Shown here: one piece after another, positions 36,848-55,148 of the stretch
How positions within the stretch are numbered: the first letter of the stretch is position 1
How the letters are laid out: the number at the start of each line of letters is the position of its first letter
DNA from: Amoebophrya sp. A120
Taxonomy: Eukaryota; Protista; Dinoflagellata
DNA length: 64,000 bases
Reading direction: 5' to 3'
Assembly: GCA_905178155.1 (NCBI GenBank)
Contig: CAJINV010000008.1
Span: forward strand, 1,364,001-1,428,000
Position numbers and translations under genes: made by a program
The notes under the pieces: model-generated
What the model saw: the letters and a program-made list of their open reading frames with translations, nothing else
Told to the model about the DNA's origin: nothing
Database searches by the model: none

Positions 36848-38173
36848 TGAGCGAAGTTTCTGGTCGTCGGTTTCTCTGATGGTGCCTCGAGTCTACTTCA
36901 CGTTCACCGCCCGTCTGATTCGGCGTTCAGCATTTTTTTAGGTGCTCTTCTTGCGACAGTAGCTGCCGACTCCCGCTTCCCTCCCGTACGGTATACTTTT
37001 TCAATTTACAAGGGCGACAAATAAACCGAAGATGACAAGAATTCGGGACATCCTCCGATGGCGTAAGTGAAGCGATCCTACCTTTTTCGTTTTCTTGAGT
37101 GTCGCACTATGTATCGTTTTCCTTTTCATTTGACAGCGACGCGTCACAAGATTATATTAAGATGCAAAAATATTACACGCTGGTGCCCCCAGAAGCAGAA
37201 GCACAGACGCTCACACTGTAAATGTTTCGATCGGACAATCTAGTAAGACAAAATGAATCAGGAGAAGGAGCACGCATTTCGAAAATCTGAATAATCTTCA
37301 TCAAGTATCAAGCTTGGTCTTGAAGTCACTACAACGCACTTTTTCAAAATGGCTGTCAATCGAACCAACCGACACGGTAAACCTTTGTACTCTGAGAGCT
37401 ACCCGCAGCAGCTTCTAATTTGTTTTTGATTTTCATGGTTGATCTTGATGTTCCTGCTCCGCGTTCTTCTATGTCGTTGCTTGAATACAAGCAAAACTGC
37501 CGAAAAGATCGCGAACACGATAAGAAATGAAAAGTAAATTCCTGTCCGTGATCGCTTCGATCAACGAACAACCCTAAGTGTGATGCCCCTCTTGTAGCTA
37601 GAGGAGCAGCTGCACCTGCACAAGAACGGACTCAAATTACTAAATTTCTTCGCGACTCCTAGAAAATTATGAAATGTCGAAATCAGCAATGCGCGGGGCT
37701 TACGCGTGAGGTCTTGAGTGGCAGGATCAGGTTCGTCGACGAAGCGCCGGGTATAACGCTTTCAAGAACAACAAATGAATCGGGAAAAATTATGAAATTA
37801 GAAATACTTCGTTATGGCCACGGTGAGATCGCTTTTCATGGAAGTCAACGTCAAGCAATTCACTATATCAAGAACGTGCAGTGGTATGATAATGATTGTG
37901 AGCGTGGTTGTGGAGCAGTAGGTGGTAGTACTAGTAGAAATTGAAATCTCGCGGCTACTCTGTAGGAGTACTAGCAATCTCGCTACTCCCTCCTATGAAG
38001 GTTAACGTTCATGCAAGAAGCGTATGCATGTGGTCCTCATCCTCTTGATGGCGCAAATATGATTGTGATCTTCGGAGGAAGTATTTGCGAGCCCCCAGAC
38101 CACAAGGAAAGCTACCCCGAGGCGTTACGGGACGTCAACTTTAGGGTGTAGAGTTCACTGATAGTTTCGTCCG

Positions 38174-38623
38174 ATGTTGCAGCGCGTTCGCGGGCATGAG
38201 GAGGATCTCATCCACGGTCCCGAAGCAGAGGGACTCCGGGAAGCACGAACCAACCGCTTGATCGCGCTCAATATTTGCGACGAAAACGCCACGTGGAGCG
38301 ACCTAAAGGATTTTATCACGTTAACAACCCAGGCGGCGCCGACGTACGTGAACATATACCAGGGATACGACAAGAAATGGGCCGTGCTGGAGTTCCAGAC
38401 GCTGGATCACGCGCGGCTCGCAATCAAACTCGTGAACGGACAACTGTTTCGGGGGCACACCCTCTACCTGCGCCAGGACCGAGAAGACCGAGCACTCGAG
38501 GCCTGTTGCAACCGGTGCTGTGCGCCACGAAACAACGCCGTCGTCGGGGAGTGGTGGGGTTCAAACTGGTTTTGCAGCAGCTGCACAAGTACTACAACTA
38601 CTACTACTTTTCTGCTTTTGTAA
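38174..38623 (+). CDS. Small RRM-domain protein (GBP2/hnRNP-M-like RRM)
   Basis: TWSDLKDF..WAVLEFQTLDHARLAIKLVNGQLFRGHTLYLRQDRED. Gene boundaries uncertain. Confidence 0.6.
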   Translation: MLQRVRGHEEDLIHGPEAEGLREARTNRLIALNICDENATWSDLKDFITLTTQAAPTYVNIYQGYDKKWAVLEFQTLDHARLAIKLVNGQLFRGHTLYLRQDREDRALEACCNRCCAPRNNAVVGEWWGSNWFCSSCTSTTTTTTFLLL

Positions 38624-38777
38624 AATTTCGATGGCTGTGGCTTGTTTTGCGCTTCTTCTTGCGCCCTAGCGCTAGCTTGAAATTTACTCATGGGAGCCAT
38701 CTGGTGCTCCTGTTTTTTTGTGGTAATTCTTCTTGTAGATAGTACGCTACGGAACGGCGACGATCGCAAATGATCGA

Positions 38778-40569
38778 ATGTTGAAGTGCAACAGTGACAA
38801 GACGACCCGAGAAAAGTTTATTCCTAAGCACCCACAACACCCATTTTCATTCACAGTTCCGGACGATCTGCATGACCTTCCCCTGATCGACACGCACGCG
38901 CATGTGGAGTTCATTTTGGATGGCCGACGAGGCTGCGACGTGCCGGATGATGAATTGCGCGAGTCCCTGTTTGGCCTTGCTTTGCGTGGCCCCTTCGCGG
39001 TGATCACGTCCTGCTGCGACGCAGCGGCCATTGAGGACACGGTGCGCCTCGTGAAGCTGGGAGCTGGCCACATCTACTGCACCTTCGGCGCACATCCCAA
39101 GCGGGCTCTTTGGGAATGGGACGCGGATTTGGTGACCCTGTTTCAGGACGCGATGCGGCGGTGCGGCAGCCAGGTAGTCGCTTGGGGGGAGTGCGGTCTG
39201 GACTACTCCGGTTACGGACCACTCGACGAGCCGTCTGGGAGAATGGGCGAAGAATTCGAACTAGAACGGCAGCGACAGCAACAGATTCTCAAGGAAAATA
39301 TCGAGATTGCAGTCGGCATGGGGCTTCCCATTCAGTTTCATTCGCGCGACTGCGAGGCTGATTTTGTAGAGTGCTTGCTCAAGTGGCTACCGCGAGCACA
39401 TCCTTTCCACTGGCACAGTGCCATAGCTTCTCACACGGTAGTGGAAATGATCCTCGAAGAGTTTCCGAACGCGTACTACGGAGTCAGTGGCTACATCGCG
39501 TTTCCGTACGCCGAGGATTGGGAGCTGTTGAATCAGATGTCGGAAACGGAAGGGGCAAAGGCGCGCACCGGGCCTTGTCTGCCGGAGGTGGGGCGTTTCA
39601 GGACTGGACCGCCGATGAAAAATAAGGTCAACTTGGTCGACATGGTCAAGCGGATTCCGCTTGATCGCATTTTGCTGGAAACCGACGCACCTCATTTCAC
39701 AGTGAACACGGGTGGGCCGGCCGACGTGCTAGAAATCGCCAGCAGCGTGGCAGTTGTCAAGGACCTCACACCGGAAGAGGTGCTTCGTGCGAACGAGAGA
39801 AATGCGAAGCGCCTTTATGGCATAGAAGCGACAAAAATTCCGGCTGGCCTTGTTCGGGAGACGGCAGTGCAGAAGCAGGAACGGCAGCCTGATGCGATTT
39901 TTCGCGGGATCAGGACGTGGCAGCAGCGCCGCAATTGCAAACCCTCACCGCCAATGGAAAGCGGTTCTTTGTTGTCGCCGGGTACAAAGGAACAAACGCG
40001 ATTCCAAAGCGCCCTGCCTGCGCAGACCCAGGGGGAGGTGGACGCTCCAAACAAGCCCATGAATGATGCAACCAAAAGTCTGCTCTCGAGGCCTGGCGCC
40101 GGCACCAACACACAAGCGCACTGCAATTTTCCTTCCTCGACTGGAGGTGATGGTAGTGCCGGAGTTTTTGATCTGGGCGAGTGCTCTATTATTCCTGAAC
40201 CGGTCCTAGCTGGTCCCCGCACTGCATCTTCAGTTGGCTCGCCGGCTTCTCCTGTAGCAGCAAGCGAATGCCCTCCTATGTCGGAGAGGACCTGTATTCC
40301 CTGAAAATTAACCATCCCCATCCACTTTTTGCATGACAAACACATGATTTTTATGTATGTTTTGCATGACAAATTGGATGGGGATGGTTAATTTTCAGGG
40401 AATAACCTGCAGCGAGAACCTCTTCAGTTTTCTCACCGAAGCAGCAAAAGTCGAGAGAAAGGAGAGACTCAGGGGAAATCGGGCGAAAAAGTGGGGCACG
40501 GGACTCCAGCACGACGAGACGGTGTCCTTGTTGCCTGCTAGTACCACGACAAGCGTGATTCAAGTGTAA
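38778..40569 (+). CDS. TatD-family deoxyribonuclease
   Basis: LIDTHAHV, FGAHP, VAWGECGLDY, LPIQFHSR, HWHS, IPLDRILLETDAP. Low-complexity tail continues across the 40295-40404 insert to the stop at 40569. Confidence 0.9.
40295..40404. mobile_element. 110-bp introner-like TIR element
   Basis: ~31-bp perfect TIR TATTCCCTGAAAATTAACCATCCCCATCCA; TSD ACCTG; removal gives ERTCSENLF. Confidence 0.93.
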
Positions 40570-41783
40570 GTGTCACAAGAAACCGCATGCCTGTAGGCTC
40601 TTTCGATTTCGTACCCGCTGCGCAAGTCGCGACCAAGAAGCCCAACCTTCGGTGATTTCGAAACCCGAGGTGGGCAGCAGCACATGTATTCACCGTTGAT
40701 GTGCCGCAGATTGTAACCTTTATTTATTTGAAAATCGATCCACCACAAAACGTGTTTGTATCTCGACATTCCGTGCGCTCACCACCAGTAGCAGCGTTTT
40801 ATCCCGACGCCGTTTTCATACTTGATTAAGGAAGCAGCACTCGACGGATTGCTTGAAGGAATTCTTCACTACTAAATGCCCCAGCACACGACTATCTGGC
40901 TAAGGATCTAAACAAGGCAAGCACTCTTTGCTGTAACTGTACTAAACCGACAAGATTTGTTCAATTGCTCTCTGCGTCGCAATTATCGCGGCGCGCCTTC
41001 ATTTATCATCCACTCTGTGACCGTGTTCTCTTCGGACCTTCGAGTCCTGTGTCGTCCGCGGGTCACGTGTATTGCACCTCAATTGCAGATTCGTCTTTGC
41101 GTGAGACGTCTGTGTCCAGCTAGTGCAACTTCTCAGGTTAGACGTGAACCAAAACGCAAAGCGCTCGAGTAAACGAAAATAAAAGCGAAGTGGCAGGTCG
41201 TGCGAAGGAAATTTCAGTTGCATTTTTGTGCGTGCTTCGATGAAATAAATTAAAGCAAGCTTTGCCTTTGTACGAGCAACTTCCGTCTTCTGCTTCTGGT
41301 AGTGCCGTCTCGCGAGAGAGTCTGGTGAAAGCTGCTGTGAAGTCCACAGGACCTAAGAAGACTGCAAGTCTAAGTCAAAAGGTTGTCGTCACGAAGAGGA
41401 ACGAATGAGAAGGACGGTGCTTCATCTACTGGTGTGACTTGAAAATGGTGCGGCAAAAAGTACGAACGACATAGACAAGTGCTAAATGCAAAAAATAAAT
41501 TTTATTTTTTTAGCTAGGAGGAGACTACCCTGACCGAGACCTGCGTTTACATTTCGAAATTCACATTCGACTCGAGTCACACGACGATACACTTGTTGGT
41601 ATAGAAGTCAGCGTCCACCGAGGAGCATAGATTATGCCATCAAAAAAATGAAGTGAGATACATCAACCTACGAGTGCTGCACAAAAGCGAGCGGAAACCA
41701 GTTTTTCGTTTTCGTGTGCAGCCTGCACAGCAGTAGCTACGAAAAGCCCTCCTGCTGGGAACGCCGAGAGCGTCCGGAACAAA

Positions 41784-46346
<4,563 letters not shown>

Positions 46347-47819
46347 GTGCGGCAGAGAGAAGATTAGTGCGGTAAAAAAGACCGTGATGGAAGTTTGAAT
46401 GCGAACTCGTTTTTCTTCTACAACGTTTTACTTTCAGCATCATCATCAATTCGAAAATATAGTAAACTGCTTTTTTACGGAAAAATATTCAAATGAACTT
46501 CCTCGTCAACAACTCGAACTCCGGGTTGTAGAAGTGGGGTCGGAGGCCGCACGTTTGTAATTGTTGGAGAATGAGCAAAGCGCGTATAGTTTTTATTTTA
46601 GTAGTACTTCTCGTTCTCAGATAACCAGCGGAGACTTGCGCTAGGCCCAAAGTGGCTTGCTGTGCTGGTCTAGCAACCGACTCCCTTCGCATCTGAATTG
46701 TAAAGTTCGATATTCCTCTATACTGTTCTCATGCAAAGCTTCTATGCATGATGAAGCTTCAAACTTGATTTACATTTATCTACAGGGCACCATAAGTGTG
46801 TCATCTGATTTCTGGTTTATGGATTGTTAGCTGGGGGATCACTCGCGTTTGCGAAAGCAATGAGAATGACAATGAGAAAAGAAAAACGGGAAAACAAAAA
46901 ATCGAGGACATCTTCACGCTGAAGGAGAAGCATGATGTGGCGTCATCGCTTGGGAAGTGGCAGCCTGCGGCTCTCCAAGGAGGTATTGTCGAGCTGTGAA
47001 ATTTCGCAATGACAACATGTAGCCACTGGTGGCGGTCTTCCTGCTATACCTGTTCGGGTGTGGCTCGTGTTGTCCACATCAATAACGCGGCCGGATGGAA
47101 ATGCTATGCCTATGACTCTACTATCACGGTAATGCCAGTGCAACATCGTTCTTATGCCACCTACACTCTGCGCAGTCCCGCTGTGACTCCCACTCTCTTT
47201 CTGCAGCGTGCTGTGCTTCTGCTTACTAAACGTTTTTCAAACTGTATTATTTTTTTGTTTACTTTTCGAGGAAAATTATGCGTCCTCTCGCGAACAACTT
47301 CAGTAGACCCGCATTTGCTCATTTGATATTTGCTCGCTAAAGGCTTGCGCCCTCGATTCATGTTTTTTGGCTCCCAAGAAAAATTTGAACAAAATGATAT
47401 TACGCAGAGAATGAGGCAGGACCAAGAGTCGCTCGTTTATCCGTGTACCTTCGCAAGAGACACGGTTAGGGACATAGCCAGTGACGAGGCGGGCGCGGAA
47501 GGTGGGATCATTTCGAGTGTGTAACCGACCGATTACAAGTCTTGCAGAGCACGTGCCTTCGCTTGTTCGCATCGTCAACCTATTTCTTTTGCCACAACAA
47601 CGTTCTTGCAGACAAGCAGCCCAGGCACTGTAGCTGCAAGCGCAAGCCGCGCGTTTCTGATACTTGGCCCTCCGCAACCGCACGGCTTTCATCCTCTCTA
47701 CAAAGTAAGTTGTCCCTGGCGCCTGCTTTGAGACGAGACGAGGAGGATCAGGACAAGCTTTTCTTCGTCCCTACTTGTGGGCGGTGAACGCAGCAGCCAC
47801 CGCAGGTTGTCGCGCTTGC

Positions 47820-50124
47820 ATGCCAGAAGCGAAAATACAGAGCCCGAGCACCGGCCCTGCAATAGCGACAGACGCCGGATCGGTTCGTGCTCATCTCACG
47901 ACCGGCAAGATGTCGAGCATCGGCGGGTTGGGAAACATGACAGCAGGAGGCTCGAGTTCTTCCACGGCCAAGCAGCCACCGAGCAGCAACGACAGCTACG
48001 CCCCCATGACCAACGGCGTCAACCTCAACATCATCGGAGCTGCTAGTGCGCAAGCGGAGCCGCCGTTTCCGTCAGGTAGCGGACCGCCCAACTTGCTGAA
48101 TCAGATCCGCACGGCAAAGAATATCGGAGAAAGCTTTATCCGCATCGCGCTCAGTTCCGAGAACGACCACAAAGTCACGCCCGCAGTGACGGCGGTGGTC
48201 GCAACCCTAACCGTGCTGGTTGCCGTCTTTGGCGTTTCGGATTTGGAGTTTTGTTTCGGACTCGCGCCCTCCGCGACGGTGCTGCCGCCCGTGAGCGACA
48301 GCACACTTCCGATACCGTTTTTCTGGAACCTGCTCACGTGGCACTTCCTCGATACGAGCGTGCGAAAGGCGTTGATCGCAACGCCGGCAATATACTACAT
48401 GCTGAGGGGTAATAAAAGCAGGCCATCTAGTTCGTGCGCGTTGATGATGATCCTGGAAGCTACAGAAGCCATCCGATTTTTTGTTTTTCTATCCAAAAAT
48501 GTTGTTTTTCGTGTTGCCGATCGCCCGGTGACTGCAGCAGCTTGAGCTTGACCTACTTCTTCTGCGCGTTTTGCATGATTTGTTGTGTTTGTTTTTCTAC
48601 ACAAAGAGGAAACAGAACGAATAAAAACTGAAACAGATCTTGAGCCTCTATTTGGCGCCTCCAGTTTGCTTCTCCACCTCGCACTGAACCTGCTGGCTGT
48701 CAGCGCTGTTGCGTTTGTCTTCCGATTGCTTTCGGGAGATCTCGTGGAGCCGCTTTGTGGTACATGCCTACTCGGACCCCTATATTGTTATATTTGCCTG
48801 TAGATGTAGTTGTGTGCTGCCTCACCGGCTTCACACTGTGACTGTCAAGAAGCAATGCACTTCTTGCCCTAGCTCCTGTTTGTCAAGGCGCTGCCTTCTC
48901 GTACCGTATGTGCAATCAACAAGAAGTTCGGCAGGACAAACTTGTAGAAGTGCTTCCAGTAGTTAGTGCTCAACTTAAAGATAGTACGGCATCCATCCCT
49001 TCACCCCAACCTCTTGCCCAGGTACCGGTTGCCTGTGCGTAGCACTGTCAGTGTTTCTCGCGTCACGCTTCCCCACGAGGCAGATACCGCTTGTTCGCGG
49101 AAAATTCGTACCATTGAAAAAACTTCCGTCACTGGTACTGGCCGTCGCAACTTTTCTCGGCATTTTCACGTCCCTAGCACCGGAGTGGTTTTTCTGCTTC
49201 GCCCAGCTACTACTGTCCTGGACCTACCTGCGCTTTTTCGCGCTCTATCCCTCCGGCAGGCAAGGAGATCGCAACTTCAAACTCGCCGACCTATTCCCTG
49301 CGCCATGTAGACCCGGTATACTTACAGCAGATCGTGGATGTATATTTTTTTTACAAGAGAAAAGTTTCGTTATTTCTCTGTGTGCACGTGCTATTAAACC
49401 AATAGAACCAATCCTTCATGCAGGCCTTGACGTAATAGCGGCGTTTGTATACCTCGGGCTCGTTCGCGCCGGCTTTAACGTGACGAATGTCGGTGGAGAC
49501 GATCGCGATGATGATCTCGAGTACGGCGCGGACCATTTTGTCGTTGGGGGCGCCGAATTAGATCCGCTGGCTTCCACAAACGTATCTGGTAATGTAGCGC
49601 CGATAGGTAGTCCAATCGGGAGCTCTTACCCTGCAAGCGGCGGCGCCGGTGGGGGCAGCAGTAGAAGTAACTCGTCCTCGTCGGCAGCTGCCCTGGGGTA
49701 TCCTTATCCGAGCGCAATAAACCCTGTTGGTGCGGCAGGAGCAGATGCCTACCAGCAGCGAAAAATGATGAATCTGCAAGCAGGTCGAGGCGGCCAAGAG
49801 CGACAGCTACAGTATTCGCTAAGCAATCCTGCTGCTCCGGTAGCTTCGTCGTCGAATGCTGTCGTGGGAGTGGCAGGAGTGTCGAATAGCAATGTGAACG
49901 CGAATAATTCGAGCCGGCCTATTTTCGTACACCAACAGAATCAGAATCCTACAAGCAAACAAGTGAGCGTAGCTTCAACGCTGCTGGATGAAGAGGCCGC
50001 GAGCGGCTTTGATTTCAATGCGGGAGCAGAGGGCGGGGATGAAAAAAGCAGAGCTAATATGATGGACCCTGCGGAGTACGAGAAACGAAGACAAAAAGCA
50101 CTACAGCTACTCGACAGCCTTTAG
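47820..50124 (+). CDS. TMEM115-like rhomboid-family Golgi membrane protein
   Basis: PFFWNLLTWHF, LEPLFGA, SWTYLRFF..GDRNFKLADLFP, C-terminal EKRRQKALQLL. GT-AG introns 48409-48636 and 48760-49021, probably another near 49.3 kb. Start 47820 or 47910. Confidence 0.78.
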
Positions 50125-50783
50125 CAGTGGTCACTTATGAAAGTAAAGCAGGACGCGTTATTGCTAAGGAGCTCGAGCTCATTCCCCGATGCAGCTTTGG
50201 CTGCGTTGGTACTAGCTGCCTCACCAGTTTCGTACTTCAGCAGCACCAGTTGCGTCGTCCTAAGATCCGTCTGAGGTTGATGGTGAGGTCTGTTTCAGCG
50301 GATGCAGCACGAGCACTGTTCCACCGCGCTGCAGATGCAACTTTCCTCGTGGTGGACCATTAGGCGGAGTAACTTGTGATTGTTGTGGTCGATGTTCATA
50401 CTGTTTGTCTGACTGACAAGGCATTGACGAATGATCGCGACCGCGAATGCTCTCGAAAACCTGAAGATGACGATCTAAAGTTCCCTTTCGATTTTTCTTT
50501 AGATTACGATACTCTATCAGAATCAGAAAGGTCTTCCTTGTGCTTGAAGAAATGAACCGCCAGATTAAACTAGCTCTGTTCCGGAACAACTCGCGAAATT
50601 TTCATTGGCGATTACTCGAAAACACTATCGATACTGAGCCATCTCTCAAATCTGCAGCCCCACTGCTCTTTTCCATTTTTAAATTTCAGGGACGACAACA
50701 ACATTGGAATATTTAGATTTTTTTGTTGCTTCACCCGTCTCCCCAAAAAGTTTTTAGTTTTCTAAAAACCTAAATCATCCAAG

Positions 50784-51793
50784 ATGGCCGAAGAGACGAA
50801 CGAAGCGATCCTGGAAGCCCGCAGAAAGTTGCAGGCCAAATTTGACTCCCGGATCGGAGGAAAGGGAACGCAGAGACGAAAAGTTAAGGCCAAGCCGTCC
50901 ACGGCGTCCACAGTCAAGTACTCTATGTTTTGCCTTTGTAGGCATCGAAGCAGAGCACATACGATTTAAAGAAGGAGTGTAGTTCTTGGGCACAACGGTA
51001 TACTCTGCGTCAGCATGCAACAAGGACTACTTGAAAATTGATTTATGAAATTTTCCCAAAACAGTGACGACAAAAAGTTGGTGACGCAATTTAAGAAGAT
51101 GGGTCTCAATCAAATTCCCGGAATCGAGGAGGTCAACATGTTTACGGACAAAAATGAAGTCATTCATTTCAAGGACCCAAAGGTAAGACCTTAATTAGTT
51201 TAGAAACTGGAGGAAGCGCTGACGCTGAGCTAAAGACTCTAGCAGCAGCTGCATGAGGACCCTCGCATATTTTTGACAGGAGGACGAGGATAGTATGTGA
51301 AGTTAAAAATTCTGACGCATGCGGCCACCGCCATGCAGCGAGAGCCTCACGATCCCAGCGCGGTTTAAGTATTAGTATTTCAAATTGAAATATCTACGAA
51401 CAGGTCCATGCCAGCCTGCAGGCGAACACCTACGCCGTCGCGGGAAACCCGGAGACCAAGTCGCTGCAGGAAATGCTCCCCAAAGTCATCAATCAGCTCG
51501 GTAAGCAGAGAAATCGCGAACCTATTCTTGTTTTTGCATTTAGAAATGTAGCGCATTTCGTATCGTTGGGCTTTCTCCTTGCTTGTCCTGAAGTCCTCTC
51601 GCGTAAGTAGTTAGCAAAATCAATCCTTGATAGAAAAAAAAAAACAGGCTCCGAGAATTTGATGTCTTTGCGGTCCGCATTGGAGGCGTCCGGCACTATG
51701 CCCGGCGCCGGCGCCAAGCCGGACGAAATCCCGGACTTGGGCGACGCAACTTTTGAAGATGCAGCGAAGGTCGAGGATGTCGAAGTGGACTAA
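50784..51793 (+). CDS. BTF3: Nascent polypeptide-associated complex subunit beta (BTF3), 4 exons
   Basis: [60 protein letters not shown]. Exons 50784-50917, 51065-51182, 51404-51500, 51648-51793. Confidence 0.93.
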
Positions 51794-52688
51794 AACCGGA
51801 ACGAGACGTGTGTCGCTTTTTTCACGAGGCAGAAGTAAACGACGACTTTTTTGAGAAGAGACATCCATTTTAGAAAATCTTCATCCTTCCACCTGGTTCT
51901 GGCCCTGCTACGAATTCCAGCTATCGAGGAGGCAGACGCGGCGAAAGGAAGAGGAAGAGGTGCTACCCACTCGAGCTCGAGAAATAGGAGGACTAGTATG
52001 CCAAGGATCACTAACACTCTGTTGTGAATCCTAACCTGGCTGGCGCGGAGTGCGGAACCACGATTTGCAAGACGACGTGCCTGTTGAGCATTTTCTCGGT
52101 ACTGGGGATTTTAGCCCACAGTCAGAACCAGTGAGAGAGATGAAGCAAAATCACAATCAGCAACTTGTATCACATTTGACACGCAACAAGAGCTTTTCGG
52201 TTTTTAGATAGTACTGAATTTCTAAAACATCACTTTCTGTTGAGTCTAGCGAAGCAGAAGAACTATACGCAGACGAGGACGCCGAAATTTAATTTTAGAG
52301 GGGACCCCTCTGTCACACCCTGTTCAGAAGCGCCGCCGCTACCACAGAAACAGTGCTGTATGTATTGCCAATATATGTAAGTACTTTGATGATTTCACTT
52401 TTCGAGTATTGAAACTGAAAATCATTTTATCGACAAGTCGAGTCGTCCCCCGTAATATTCGCCTGAAGTTCTAAATCAGCTGCTCCGGCCGCTGGATTGA
52501 AAAGGGTCCACCAGCGCTGCGTCACAAAGGCAGACGGCAGTAAACGCAAATGGAATGTTCGCAAAGCCTTGCGTGCCTTCGTGATATTGCTGCGGAACTT
52601 GATTTCAACGGACTTTGAAATCAATGTCAACACGTCGGTTGCGGACAAGTACTTACATCTATTTTCACCAGAGCATCTGCGCTATCTC

Positions 52689-53125
52689 GATCGGCGACAT
52701 GATTTAGATCCTCACTATGTAAAAGCAAACTAACACAATCTAGATCTTCGTCAGTTCTTTTCCTCTTGCCTTGCACTATTGGAAAGCGATGTGAGCCAAC
52801 TGCCGCAAAAAGGTTGTGTGCAATCGTGTCTAACAAGGTCGAAATCGAACGTGATCAGGATGAAGATCAAGATCAGAATAAAACAAAGAATGGTAGCCGC
52901 TACTTCAACCATCCCGAAATGATCACAACTCAACCTCAAGGAAGCGTAAGCGAATGCTCGAGCGATAAAAAGTTTTAGATCTGGTACGTTCCGGAGATCA
53001 GGCCGCGTGGTGCTGAAGAAAATTTAAAGATTTAGAAGGTCAAGCATACAGAATTTGGAGAAGATCAAGAATTTAAAAACTGAAGAATTGTGTTGCTGAG
53101 ATCATGGCCATGCCGTCGATCCGTT
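52689..53125 (+). promoter_or_regulatory. GATC-rich upstream region of RPL13A
   Basis: About 12 GATC in ~435 bp. Confidence 0.4.
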
Positions 53126-53272
53126 TTGAACGCACGTCGCGCTACGTCTGCAAAATATCAAATCTCGCAAATTGATTATCTCAACAGGGACACTCTGGGA
53201 ATTCTCGTTCGAGGATTTGGAGTTTAGTTGTAGTCGCATAGGCACATCACACCACACACAAAATCACAAAAA

Positions 53273-54291
53273 ATGTCCTTCCAGAAAGAAGTGATCATTG
53301 ATGGCCGCGGCCACTTGAAGGGGCGCTTGGCTTCCATCGTTGCCAAGGAACTGCTGAACGGGCAGAAGGTCACCGTCGTCCGTTGCGAGGAGATCAACAT
53401 TTCCAACACTCTGTACCGCCAGCAGCTCAAGTACCAGGCCTTCAAGCGCCTGACCAACAACGTCAACCCGAAGCACGGACCCTTCCACCAGCGTGCCCCG
53501 TCCAAGATGTTCTGGCGCGTGGTTCGCGGTATGGTCCCGCACAAGACCGCCCGCGGCGCCGCTGCCCTGGACCGCCTGAAAGTCTTCGATGGTACTAGAA
53601 ATCAAAATAAAGCATCGGACTTTCAAATTAGTGGCTGTAATCCAATGACTCTTGAAGATCATCCGTGTACTTTTACTTTCGTGTCTGGTTGCGAGGCATG
53701 AAGAAATTCCAGATAGTGGTTGGTGTTTGCATTCACGAGACGAGCGCACTGTGTCTATTGCTGAAACTGGAAGAGAGCGAGAGCAACGTGATAACTACGC
53801 CTTTCAAATTCAATCTAAATGCAACTTCAGGTATGCCGCACCCGTACGACATGAAGAAGAAGCAGGTGTGCCCGCAGGCCTTGAAGGTCCTCCGCATCAA
53901 GCCGTACCGCAAGAGCTGCCGTCTGGGCGACCTGTCCAAGCGCTTCGGTTGGAAGTGCACCGACCTCATCAAGAAGTTGGAAGATCAGCGCCGCACCCGC
54001 GCTGCCTCCTTCTTCTCCAAGAAGCTGAAGGTCATCAAGAGCAAGAAGACTGGTACAACCTGTTTTTTTGTATTGAATTCGTATTTTTAGGGGCGAGCGG
54101 AATGCTTTGTCGCAGATGTTGAGATTTGTTCCTTTCTCGGGGGAGTGAGGAAGAGTGTGATTGCGCTTGCTCAAAAATGTCTGATTTAACACAATGAATC
54201 AACTTTAATCACAACAGCCATCAAGGCCGCCAAGGGAAAGACGCTGAAGGATGCCGCCCAGAAGGCTCTGTACGAGAAGTGCGTCGCCTAA
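53273..54291 (+). CDS. RPL13A: 60S ribosomal protein L13a (uL13), 3 exons
   Basis: [73 protein letters not shown]; two GT-AG introns. Confidence 0.96.
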
Positions 54292-54843
54292 ACGGACACT
54301 ATTTCCGGGATGATATGCAGGAGGTTTAGACGAAGTCGGAACAAAAAATCCGCTCCTTGCTACACCGTACTCTCGTTAGATCGGAAGGAAGACAACTACT
54401 ACGAGTGAGAGTGACATTGAAAACGTGGACCATGTGATGTTTGTGCGATGAAAACTAAATTTTTAGAACCTCGGAGTGTGACGGGCCGTTTCCCAGCTCA
54501 TTCTTGCTACCCCAATGGGAGGCGTTTGTTCGAATATGGGTCTTGCGTGCAACCCGGTTGTTTTTGCGGTCTCCTGAGTCGAGATATTTCTGCATGCGAA
54601 TTCTTTCACGTTTTGCTTTCGTCTGCCAACCACCTGGATCATCTGCCCAACCGAAAGACTTTATTTCGGCTACCAAGCTACACCTAGCCCTAGGCCTAGC
54701 CATCATACTTCTGGAAATAAACGGTTGCGGCTATGTTTTCGTGGCTCAACAGGAATTGACTATGGGGTCCTCTTTGTTTCTTTGGAATTAAGTGCATGGC
54801 TTCAAAATATCATCAATTCCTGGGCCATACTAGCGCTCTCCAA

Positions 54844-54948
54844 CGCCATGATGATGAGACACTATCCAGTTGTTACACACTCGTCGATGCGAGGGGCTCT
54901 GTCGCTCGCAGCTGACGTAAACCTTTAGCGGATTTCTCTGATTTGGTG
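54844..54948 (+). ncRNA. Box C/D snoRNA, double guide for LSU rRNA (copy 1)
   Basis: Box C ATGATGA and box D CTGA (54938-54941); guides GTTGTTACACACTC and TTAGCGGATTTC are antisense to conserved LSU rRNA GAAATCCGCTAAGGAGTGTGTAACAAC. Confidence 0.85.
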
Positions 54949-55019
54949 ACCGAGAGCGCTAGTGCTTACGCCTGATGCCGAAGGATGACTACTGAGGATC
55001 ATCTTTGCCCTCACATCAA

Positions 55020-55148
55020 AGCTATGATGAGATAAATTTTGTTGTTACACACTCGAAGACGCGTGTCGATGCCTTTGCAAGTATTTCGATACGAGTGGAG
55101 CATCGACCGCGCGTGACGCAAACCCGATTTAGCGGATTTCTCTGAGCT
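55020..55148 (+). ncRNA. Box C/D snoRNA, paralogue (copy 2)
   Basis: Short terminal stem, box C 55024-55030, box D 55142-55145, same two guides, diverged central hairpin. Confidence 0.85.

Noticed and set aside
40294-40412. GT-AG splicing as the explanation for the TatD insert, and GT at 44362 in MCM3
   Set aside because: At TatD the nearest GT..AG removes 119 nt instead of 115 and shifts the frame; at 44362 the frame-preserving 269-nt excision ends in CA, not AG.
47360-47380. TTTTGGCTCCCAAG resembling the dinoflagellate spliced-leader 3' end
   Set aside because: Short imperfect match, not adjacent to a start codon.
51250-51327. Possible intronic C/D snoRNA in BTF3 intron 2 (ATGAGGA..CTGA with terminal stem); similar ATGAAGA..CTGA in RPL13A intron 1
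   Set aside because: Non-canonical box C and no rRNA-antisense guide I can verify; needs snoscan or Infernal.
54661-54830. Two hairpins upstream of the snoRNA pair, possibly an H/ACA RNA
   Set aside because: No convincing H and ACA boxes at the expected positions.
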